A DNA stretch of 30,882 nt, counting the filler, from an uncultured virus (IMG/VR IMGVR_UViG_2061766007_000739) (taxonomy: Duplodnaviria > Heunggongvirae > Uroviricota > Caudoviricetes). It is 4 parts of one record of this genome, joined end to end, with 100 filler letters (N's around TTAATTAATTAA, not from the genome) between each part and the next. Parts side by side here need not be neighbours in the genome. Positions count along the whole stretch, not along the records: positions 11,080 to 28,540 come from IMGVR_UViG_2061766007_000739; positions 28,641 to 30,882 come from IMGVR_UViG_2061766007_000739; 2 more parts are not named here. One strand, given 5' to 3'. The notes under the pieces were generated by a model. It saw only the letters and a program-made list of their open reading frames with translations, was not told the DNA's origin and did no database searches. Shown piece by piece: positions 19,428 to 29,306 of the stretch. Each line of letters opens with the position of its first letter. Position 1 is the first letter of the stretch. A program made the position numbers and the translations under genes.

Positions 19428-22120
19428 ATGGTAGTTCGGAACCAAAGATTTGCCCAATTCGACCAGTTTCGGCTCGATCTGATTCCACTCGATCGGTGTA
19501 AATGGCATATTCACGTCGACACACCAACTGGAATCAACCTCGATCTGCTGCATCTTTACGCCTAGACGATGCATCATCATCGAAATGACGTACGGCACGC
19601 AACCACGTCCGTCACCAAACTGATAAAGCATTGCGAAGCGTCTCAAGTATGGAAGATAGCCTCCACGGACAGCAACGAACGGGCCGTCAAGAACGGCGAC
19701 CTCATGATTGCCAACTGCGGTGACAGTACCAGCCACACGAGTAGTCATCAATTCGTCATTGATAGAAAATTCGCTGTACATGCCATAGGTATTGGGGCAA
19801 CGAGTCCAGGTTCCGTCTGGTAATATATACTCATACCCAAACGGAGCCACCGCACCGTATTCCGGCGGCACGTTTTCCAGTTTCCTTATGAACGCCATGT
19901 CATACACGATAGACGATGTATGTGCGAGGATAATCCAAGACGGCATCGCCTTCGGATGTAGACGGTTGATCTTTTCGGCAAGTCGAGCGATATTGAGGAA
20001 NNNNNNNNNNAATGAACGCCATGTCGTACACGATAGACGATGTATGTGCGAGGATAATCCACGACGGCATCGCTTTCGGATGTAGACGGTTGATCTTTTC
20101 GGCAAGTCGAGCGATATTGAGGAAGATGGACTGCTGCGGATTGTTCTTGCGCTTCATGGTAACTGGCTGGTCGCTAGTCACATATACAAGCTCGTCACGA
20201 CTGTTAGAAGTCTTCTTGTAAAGTACCGGAGCCTTTCCAGAACGGCGACGGTACAAGAACGTAACGACGCTGGGAACCTCGCTATGCTTCAAGACATCAT
20301 CGTTACTCAGTTTTACTTCTGGTCGTTCGGTCAAGCCAAGTGCCCTACGCAGTATATTTCGTTCGTGGTTAATCTTCGCCTTCTTGACGTGCAGCTCGTG
20401 CTTCTTNNNNNNNNNNGACATCATCGTTACTCAATTTTACTTCTGGTCGTTCGGTCAAGCCAAGTGCCCTACGCAGTATGTTTCGTTCGTGGTTAATCTT
20501 CGCCTTCTTGACATGTAGCTCGTGCTTCTTATCTTCGGCACGCAGCTCGTTCTCGTACAGAGCCGCCTTAATAGCGACTTCCATGCTATCCATTTCCGGA
20601 TAGTCGACGATGACCTCGTTACGCTTAAGACGCTTAGTCTTTACCTCAGCCTTCTTTGCCTTCTTCTTCTGGGCGTTGACCTTACGATGATTAGTCTTGT
20701 CAAGACGATCCAAGCACTTCTTACGGAACTCGCTCAGTTCCATCTTAGGATCGACATTCACACCAGACTTGACGATGGCATCGACATCCTCTTGTACCCA
20801 GCCCCATAACGGATAGCCCGGACGACCAATGTCCTTCGCCTCTGCATTAAGCTTGGCATATTCTTCGACAGTACAAATCTGATATCCTTTCGGCTTACGA
20901 GTCTTGGACACTTCCGTAGGAACGACAACACGGCACTTGCCTACGACCAAGTTATCGATCCAGTAATCGCTCTTTCCGAACTTGTTACGGATAGCGAAAC
21001 GGCTATAGTACTCCTTGCCTTCACNNNNNNNNNNATAGTAAATCTTACGTTCAAGACGGTCATAAAGTTCATCCAGTTCCTTCTTGTCGTAGAAGTTCCA
21101 CTTACGAGCGCCTTTCTTGACTTGCGTAGGATGAAGCCACCCATAGAACACATAATTAGTCAATGTACGACGAGTCACCTTCATGTACATGCACGCCATA
21201 TTGGTCGACAGAGTATCAGGAAGCGGGACATTTCTGATCAATGCGCATGTCTTCTTCTTTGCGTTCTCGATNNNNNNNNNNTGTAGTAAATCTTACGTTC
21301 AAGACGGTCATAGAGTTCATCCAGTTCCTTCTNNNNNNNNNNCGTGCTATTGATGTACTGGATAATTTGGTCACGAGTCATCCACTTGTAACGGCGCACA
21401 CCACTTTTCGGATCGATCTTTGCCACCACTTGTGCTTGGTTGGTACGGATCTTTCCACGAAGCTGACCGTATCTGATACCGATAAAGGCAGCAGAATCCT
21501 TGATGTTCATCGTATTGACGAGATACGCAAACATCTTGGTAGGTACATAGTTTTTCAAGAAATGGTCATAATCACGATAAAAGACATAACGGCCATGTTC
21601 GTCAGGCTGCTGTNNNNNNNNNNNNNNNNNNNNNNNNNNNNNNNNNNNNNNNNNNNNNNNNNNNNNNNNNNNNNNNNNNNNNNNNNNNNNGGTCGGAGGA
21701 TTCAGTCCATACACTCGCGCCTTGCGCAGACAGTTGACATACTTGTACGTACGTGTATTACTCGCGTCTACCTTGAACGGAATGTCGTCAAAGAATCCCA
21801 TCTTATATAGATCGTTGACAGGACGGTCGATATACTGGGCAATCCTAGAAGCACGAACATATTCATCCGTGGCAAAATGTTTCCAATCGTATATAGCCAT
21901 NNNNNNNNNNTGTCGGAGGATTCAGTCCGTACACTCGCGCCTTGCGCAGACAGTTGACATACTTGTACGTACGGCTATTACTCGCGTCTACCTTGAACGG
22001 AATGTCGTCAAAGAATCCCATCTTGTATATATCGTTGACCGGACGGTCGATATACTGGGCAATCCTAGATGCACGAACATATTCATCCGTGGCAAAATGT
22101 TTCCAATCGTATATAGCCAT
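19407..22120 (-). CDS. Large protein with tandem HTH-like domains, a basic coiled region and a C-terminal GT-A glycosyltransferase-like domain (fragmented)
   Basis: Overlapping allele fragments tile most of one frame. HTH-like segments are MNIKDSAAFIGIRYGQLRGKI and LSTNMACMYMKVTRRTLTNYV. GT2-like segments are WIILAH, GAVAPFG and EVAVLDGPFVAV. Confidence 0.6.
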
Positions 22121-23437
22121 TAAAACAATACCTCGACACGCTGCTTTGCAGCCATCTTCTCTAACATTTGCTTGCGCTGCTCACGCTGTTCTTGACGCTT
22201 GCGTTCCATCATGTCGCCACGTTCCAGCGCAAAGATAATCGATGCGCCTTCCGCCGGAGCACATCTCTGGGCAATGAAATCCATGTCCACGTAGCCAGCA
22301 CTGTCTACCGGCATCTCACCAGACAGTACCGCACCGTTGACATCCTTTTCCTTTATTCCAGACCAGTTGAACCACTTGTAGCCCTTCTTGACAGAATCTA
22401 GGCGAGCCATTTCGCCAGCTTGGTCGTTATCCCAGATAACAGTGCAGTTGTCCTTGTGTTCGGCAATCTGCGGATTGTCCGCAATGACTTCGTCAAAGTG
22501 CGAAATGCCGCCGATGGCGATAGAGTTGCGAATGAACGTAGAGTCGATAGTACCTTCCAAGATGTAGAACGGTTTCGTCACGTCAAGGAAATCGATATTG
22601 TACGCTTGACGTTTTACACCTTCGAAGTTACGGTAGCGGAGCTTGTTTTCTGGATCGAGCGCACGAGCGTCGAACTGTGTCCATCGTCCGCCATACTGAT
22701 AGAAAGGAATTATCAGACGNNNNNNNNNNAGTCACGTCAAGGAAATCGATATTGTACGCTTGACGCTTTACACCTTCGAAGTTACGGTAGCGGAGCTTGT
22801 TTTCCGGATCGAGAGCACGAGCATCGAACTGTGTCCATCGTCCGCCATACTGATAGAAAGGAATTATCAGACGGTTCTTAAATTCGTTGCCAGTCGGCAG
22901 CCCCTTGTCATTCAAGATTAGGGCACCGAGGCTATCCCTCTTGAGGAACTGTTCGCCTTCCTGGCAGACAAACCACTGATCGTACACTTCCTTACGGATC
23001 TTGCGCTTCTTGCAGAACTCAACAGCGTTGGCGGCAATCGGATTGTTGTTCAGCAAAGAAATAAGCTCGCCTTCCATGAACGGTAACTCAGCAACTCGTT
23101 TCTTACGAGCTTCCTCAAGTTCACGTTTACGACGACGAGCCTCAAATCGTGAGTCGTCATCTTCCATATGGTTAAACAAGATTCTGTTATATGCAGTCTC
23201 GTCATTTTCCTTGAGATACGTCATCAAGTGCTGACTGATGCCACACTTATAACACTTGAACAACCACTTATCACGATATACATAGGCTTTCTTCTTGTTC
23301 GGCCTATTCATGTCTCCGCAGAATGGGCAAACGAAATTATATTCGTTCGCATTCTGAGTAAGAGCGTAATCACCGAAATGCGAGATTACGGCTTCATCCA
23401 ACGCTGCGTCTGACAAGTTATCGTAAACACAAGACAT
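22120..23437 (-). CDS. gp61: DNA primase (gp61-like); internal allele duplication
   Basis: Zn finger CPFCGD...FKCYKCG, RLIIPF, TOPRIM YILEGTIDS and WDND. Confidence 0.93.
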
Positions 23438-23455
23438 AATAAAAACTCTTAAATA

Positions 23456-23488
23456 GAGTGGCGCTCAAGTATTAGTCGAGCGCCACTT
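23456..23488 (-). terminator. Hairpin between gp32 and primase
   Basis: AGTGGCGCTC...GAGCGCCACT. Confidence 0.6.
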
Positions 23489-23522
23489 GGGAAATCCATT
23501 CTAGGTGAAAAAACGTAAAAGA

Positions 23523-24665
23523 CTAGAACGGAAGTTCGGTATCGTCGTCATCGCCTTCCGGAAGCTGATTGGACATTTCAGAAGCGGCGGCAGCCGGNNN
23601 NNNNNNNGTTTTCCTTGAGATACGTCATCAAGTGCTGACTGATGCCACACTTATAACANNNNNNNNNNACCGGAGCTTCGGCAGCTTCGGACACCAAGAG
23701 TTCGTCAGCATCTGGTTCCTTGGCCGGGGCGGACACCAGGTCGGCATCAGCATCAAGGAATTCAGCGGCAGACACCTTGGTGGTGTTGCGAGGAGCGTAA
23801 TTCGGGTTCGGAGCTGCGCTGTAGCCAGCGTGAGCAACAGCACCTTCGCCAGCGTTGGACTGGGCAGAAGAAGCCTTTTCCATGAATTCACGCCACTTTG
23901 CGGCAGCGGTAGCTTCATCCGGAATGTCTGCCAAGTACTTGGTCAAGTCATGGCAGTTATTGAGGATTTCAAGCATGTCTTCCTTAGTGTCGGCGAGCGG
24001 GGTAGATTCGGCAACGTAGTCGGAACCGTCGTAAGAAGTCATGTTCTTTGCGGCGTCCCAGCTGACTATTACGCCGAAGTCAACGCCCTTGGTCGGAGAG
24101 TGAGGAATGAACTTGCGACGTTCCTTCTTCAACTTGGCAAGTGCGCCCTTGGCCGGAGCACCGTTAGCATTCTGCACATCAGCTTCAACGCTGTCATCAA
24201 ACGGAGCACGGAGAGTGCGTTCCACAGCGTCACTGTGACGCCATACGAGAACCTTACCGTTGTTGGCCGGTTTGTTGTCGTCTTCACGCACGAGAATGTT
24301 GGTATGCCATTCAGGGCGAGCGCTCATACCAGACCAAACCTTGAGCTGCGGAGAGCCCTTTTCGTAGGTCTTGGCGAGTTCGTTGTAACGATCCCAAATG
24401 GCACGGCAAATGGGGCAGTCACCGCCGTTGTTACGGCAGNNNNNNNNNNNNNNNNNNNNNNNNNNNNNNNNNNNNNNNNNNNNNNNNNNNNNNNNNNNNN
24501 NNNNNNNNNNNNNNNNNNNNNNNNNNNNNNNNNNNNNNNNNNNNNNNNNNNNNNAGGCTTCCAGCGAGTGGGATCAACAGATCCGTAGGCCGAAGTGGCT
24601 TCGTCGAGGTTGGAAACGGTGTCGATGTCGAGATCGAGGAAATCAGTGTTATTCTGTGTAGTCAT
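23523..24665 (-). CDS. gp32: Single-stranded DNA-binding protein (gp32-like), interrupted by gaps
   Basis: AAGGAG RBS and ATG at 24665. CRNNGGDCPIC Zn site and WHTNILVREDDNKPANNGKVLVW (T4: [22 protein letters not shown]). Acidic end DDDDTELPF*. Confidence 0.9.
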
Positions 24666-24756
24666 GGGGACTCCTTGGAATTTATTGGTTACTTTTTGGT
24701 TATTCATTGTTGTTTGTTTTGATTGTTTTGGTTTAGCCGTTCAATCAACGGCTGTA

Positions 24757-24787
24757 AAGGTAATAAAGATAAATTTGAATTGCAAAT
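24757..24787 (-). promoter_or_regulatory. Promoter with palindromic operator upstream of gp32
   Basis: TTGCAA-17 bp-TACCTT. ATTTGAATTGCAAAT at 24773-24787. Confidence 0.65.
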
Positions 24788-24805
24788 CGAGGTTTTTAGG
24801 GAATT

Positions 24806-25502
24806 TTACGGGTTTTTCTTGTCGTGCGTCAGCAACATCATTGCATCATGACGTTTCAACGCAGCGTCTACTTGTTCCTCCAAATTTTCTGGCAAGTCAA
24901 AATCAAAGTCGTCGGCATGGGCTTCCTTAAGCGAAGCAGTAACTTCGTCCATCAAGGAATCGAAATCCCATGCAATCTGTTTCGAAATCACATTGTTGAT
25001 GATACAGAGGTCGGAGAACTTGGCGGCATCACCAACAAGCTTCTCGTTGTCGACAGTTTCCGCATTGTTCGGATCGTAGTCGTCCTTGATATGCAGAGAA
25101 CCATCTTCGTCGATATCCAGCACGTTAGCGGCATCCTCGTCGGTCATCGCAGTTTCCTCNNNNNNNNNNATCGATATCCAGCACGTTAGCGGCATCCTCG
25201 TCGGTCATCGCAGTTTCCTCGGTGACTTCTTCGGAGTCACGAGAATACTCGTCGGCAAGCTGCATGTAGCTCTTGCCAATGAACGGATTGCGTTTCTGCT
25301 GTTCAACCAGCCACTTGTTGTATGCTTCAGTACGTACCATCACACCGGTACCAGCACCACCTTCCTTCTGAGAGCCCATGTTGACGATGGCCTTGGTCAT
25401 CTCGTCACGGCTAACCTCAGCGGCCTTCTCGGCCTCCTCGGAATCCTTCTTGTGCTGTTCGACAATATTCTTGTAGGCGGATCCAAACTTAAACTTACTC
25501 AT
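24806..25502 (-). CDS. Hypothetical acidic protein
   Basis: Two ORFs joined through the duplicated EETAMTDEDAANVLDID segment. Confidence 0.7.
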
Positions 25503-25509
25503 ACCAAAC

Positions 25510-26052
25510 CTAATCCTGTAAACCCGCTAAAATAAATGCTTCTTCTTCTGGATCATCTTCAAGTAGTTTATCAGAAAGTTCTTTCGACATCTTGATAGGT
25601 GCATCCATTTCTTCCTCANNNNNNNNNNNNNNNNNNNNNNNNNNNNNNNNNNNNNNNNNNNNNNNNNNGCTGGCGGCCATCTCGATGTCGGCTTCCGTCG
25701 CCGAGATACCAGATTCCTTCGCTACCAGCAGCTTGATATCCATATCAAGCATGTTTGCAAGCTTCGTAGCGTCGATCATCTTCTCAAGCGCTACCAGAAG
25801 CTGCATCATGCCGAAATCCTTCTTGCAGTACGTATTGTACATCCACCAGAGTCCGGCATTGATTTTCTCGCCATACTTCTTCAAGGTGGCCTCAGGCATT
25901 GACAGAACGATGCATGCATCCCCATCAAACCGAGGCGTCTTCAAGTATTCGTCGAACGTATTGCGTATCCATTCGTTCGAATAGTCTGGCGTCTTGACTG
26001 AGACTGGCTGGTTATCGTCATCCTCAGTCATGTATTTGTCGAGTATTCCCAT
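25510..26052 (-). CDS. Hypothetical protein, weak resemblance to late-transcription coactivator gp33
   Basis: Clear ORF. FGMMQLLVALEKMIDATKLANMLDMDIKLLVAKE loosely resembles the gp33 core. The function call is weak. Confidence 0.5.
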   Translation of the reverse strand: MGILDKYMTEDDDNQPVSVKTPDYSNEWIRNTFDEYLKTPRFDGDACIVLSMPEATLKKYGEKINAGLWWMYNTYCKKDFGMMQLLVALEKMIDATKLANMLDMDIKLLVAKESGISATEADIEMAASXXXXXXXXXXXXXXXXXEEEMDAPIKMSKELSDKLLEDDPEEEAFILAGLQD

Positions 26053-26094
26053 ATAAAACCCAAATGAATTCTATATAGAAATTACACCTTTTTG

Positions 26095-27664
26095 CTAGAA
26101 CTGAGACGCCATGCTACTCATTCCAGCCATTGCCGCTTGCTGCTTCGCATTGGTCTTCTGTCGATTGATACCGCCTCGCTGACCGCCGCCACCACCAGGA
26201 CGCTGCTGGTTATACGCCTCCGCAGCCTCGTCAGCAATCTGCTGGTTGGTCAACGCCTCGTTGTATTCAGCAATATCGTCAGAAGTAGCATCGTACCAGC
26301 GCATCGTATTGAAGTCGTACTTGGTGTAGAACATCACTTCGTTCTCGCCGAAACGGTTCTTCTTAACGAAGTTCGCATACATGTTGTGATCCTTCAGCAA
26401 CTGGTCACGAGTAATCGTAATCATAATGTCAGCAGTTTCAGCAAAGCCAGATGAACCAGACACCGATTCAAGACCGGCATCAAGCCTAGAATAACCAGTA
26501 CGGTTGAACTGAACGGCAGAGATACCAACCATGTTACGGTCGATGCAGAGTTCACGAATCTGTTCGGCCTTCTCTTGACCGTCGAGATACATGCTTTCCA
26601 TCGTACGGTGAGTACGGTTCGGCTTCATGATGCCGATGTAATCCACGACGAGAACATCCGGGTTCTTCTTGTAGAGAGCATAGAACTGGTCGACACGAGC
26701 CTCGATTTCGGCTGGCGTCGTAGTCGTCTTCATACGGATGACCTTCAAGTGGCCAAGACGTTCGACACCAGGAATCTTCGTATTCTCAATAAGTTCACGG
26801 CATTCGTCAACAGAGAGGTCGGCTACTTCGTACTGCGGCACACCAGTAAGGTTGGCAGCAAGACGACGCCATACNNNNNNNNNNGACAGAAAGGTCGGCA
26901 ACCTCGTACTGCGGCACACCAGTAAGGTTGGCAGCAAGACGACGCCATACGTATTCTTCGGACAATTCGAGAGAAATGTAAAGGACATCGTATCCGTAAC
27001 GGATGAAGTTACAAGCGTCCGAGCCCATTACCAATGACTTACCGACGTTGGGCTGGCCAACGAACAGAGTCATAGTCTTTCTAGGATAACCGCCAGAATT
27101 GATATCAGTCTTGATCTGTGCGGTATACTGGTTAATAGCACCGATGGCAGAACGAATCGGATGCGACATTTCCTTCAAGCGGCGCTGTGCTTCTTCGATA
27201 TCCTCGACCAAGTCAAGACCCAATCCAATATGCAAACTGAAGTTCAGCTTGTCCTTTAGTATCGGCAGAAGGTTACGAATCTCATCGGTATCATTATTGT
27301 ACAACGCCTTAGCAGCATCACGAAGTATATGTTCAGTAGCTTTTTCTTGATAGAACTTTTCTAGCAAGGTAACGACATAGTCCGGCTTCATGAACGGCAC
27401 ATCGGTATTACAGATGGTCATCAACTTCTGTCTAGCATTCTCGCTAACACCAGAATTCGCCAGTCCTACAATCAACTCTTGCGCTTGCGGTCGACGGTTG
27501 TACTTCCTAATGAACTTTCTGATAATACTAACGATAGCCTGGTTAGTCTCATCGGAATACAACTTGTCGTCCAAGAACGCAATCATCTTTGGGGCTATAT
27601 TCAAGTCCGTAAGATACGTTCTAAGAACAAGGTCTTCTACAGTTAAATCATATACAGCAGCCAT
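26095..27664 (-). CDS. gp41: Replicative helicase (gp41/DnaB-like); internal allele duplication
   Basis: Walker A GQPNVGKS, YISLELSEE, VLVVDYIGIM, SAVQFNRTG, KNRFG. Confidence 0.95.
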
Positions 27665-27687
27665 AAATCCTCACGAAGGGTAAAGAA

Positions 27688-27705
27688 CGCACCCTTTCGG
27701 GTGCG
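27688..27705 (-). terminator. Hairpin between uvsX and helicase
   Basis: Minus strand CGCACCC-GAAA-GGGTGCG followed by TTCTTT. Confidence 0.55.
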
Positions 27706-27723
27706 ATTCGAACAGCCAGGAAA

Positions 27724-28540
27724 TTAGTCCTCGCCGTTTACTGCCTTGCGCAAGTTTTCGGCCTTAGCGGCATCTGCGAGATCCATGTCTTCGATGATTT
27801 CATTCAGTTCTTCATCTTCGACTTCTGGAGCCTCGTTTTCAGATGCACCGAGTGCGGGTGGACGGAACTTGTATTCCTTCTTAACGTACTCGTTGATTTC
27901 TTCGAGGATAGTACCGACATATTCCTTACGGTCTGACTTGGCTGCGAGACACACGATCCAGTCATTCGGATCCTTCTTCGGATCCTTAATCACGTAGCAA
28001 GTCTTGCGAGTCGTCTGACCGTTCTTTTCCTTCGGCAGCTTTTCAACAAGCGCAGGGAACTTCTTGGCATCAAATTCTTCGATGAGGCCAGCCTCGATAG
28101 CCACATTGTGCAAGCCATAGTAACGGTTCAAACCATTGTTGTAATCAAGATACAGCATNNNNNNNNNNTTTTTCCACAAGTGCAGGGAACTTCTTGGCGT
28201 CAAATTCTTCGATGAGGCCAGCCTCGATAGCCACATTATGCAAGCCATAGTAACGGTTCAAACCATTGTTGTAATCAAGATACAGCATGGCAGTCTTCTT
28301 AGGCTTCACCATACGGCTCTTGTACACAGTAGCTTCAAGGATAATACCCTTGATTTCCTTTGTATTCTTGTCGGGCACGTCATAGGTCTTGCGCATGGTC
28401 AAGATAACGGATGCGAAGTACTTTGCGCCTTCACCATTAGCGATACGCTTCGGATCGCCGTAGCCGTCAGTAGCCATGTAAATGTGGTTGGTAATGAACA
28501 TCGGAATACCGAGGTTACCGCAACGGTTCGTGATATTCAC
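27724..28540 (-). CDS. uvsX: UvsX RecA-like recombinase, C-terminal part
   Basis: IPMFITNHIY, GEGAKYFAS, KSRMVK and GLNRYYGL match T4 UvsX IPCIAINHTY, GTGPMYSAD, KSRTVK and GIDPYSGL. Confidence 0.9.
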
Positions 28541-28640
28541 NNNNNNNNNNNNNNNNNNNNNNNNNNNNNNNNNNNNNNNNNNNNTTAATTAATTAANNNN
28601 NNNNNNNNNNNNNNNNNNNNNNNNNNNNNNNNNNNNNNNN

Positions 28641-29306
28641 TGTGACCTTTATCAGCGGGTCAACATTTTCTTTACATTCGACAATGACCAAGGCGTTATA
28701 CCTTGACGTCGACTTGAACAACTCGCCATATCTACGATCTTGTATGACCGCCAGGTATTCTCCCAAGTCAAAATAACCGACCAGCTGCCTATGTTTCGGC
28801 ATCTGGTAGCTCGTGTACACGTACCGGGCAATAACTGGTTCGTACAGCTTTCCGTTATTGTCGCTCAAGTGAACCATCATGTTGTAGATACCACGGAGAT
28901 CCTTTCGGTTGTTGACTCGTGTAGAGAACACACGATTAACGGAATCACGGACACTAAAATCACTGGGCCCGTTATTTGCGGAAAACTTAGACACGAACGT
29001 AAAGCCACCCAAGGTCATCTGCGAGTCATTAGGGAAGTAATTCAACGCAGCCGCAATGTCTGCACCCTTAACGCCATTCGCCCGGATAGAATCGTTCACC
29101 ACATGAATGTCGACCGTCCTACCGTTCAGATGAACCGACGGCACATGGACACCGAACTGGTTGACATAGGGTTCATCGGTCTTGCGTACATAAGAAGCCA
29201 ATGTGCCGTTTTCGATCATACCGAACTCGGCGGCGACTTCCATGTAGCCTAACTTATAATCGCCTACATATACCAGCTGTTTAGATCCAACTGTCTGTAT
29301 CAGCAT
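28641..29306 (-). CDS. Hypothetical protein, 3' truncated
   Basis: ATG overlaps the TGA of the gp25-domain gene. Open to the linker. Confidence 0.7.

Noticed and set aside
23608..23658. Primase zinc-finger fragment inside gp32 suggesting a fusion
   Set aside because: A short duplicate of about 23204-23254 placed between two 10-N gaps; a scaffolding artefact.
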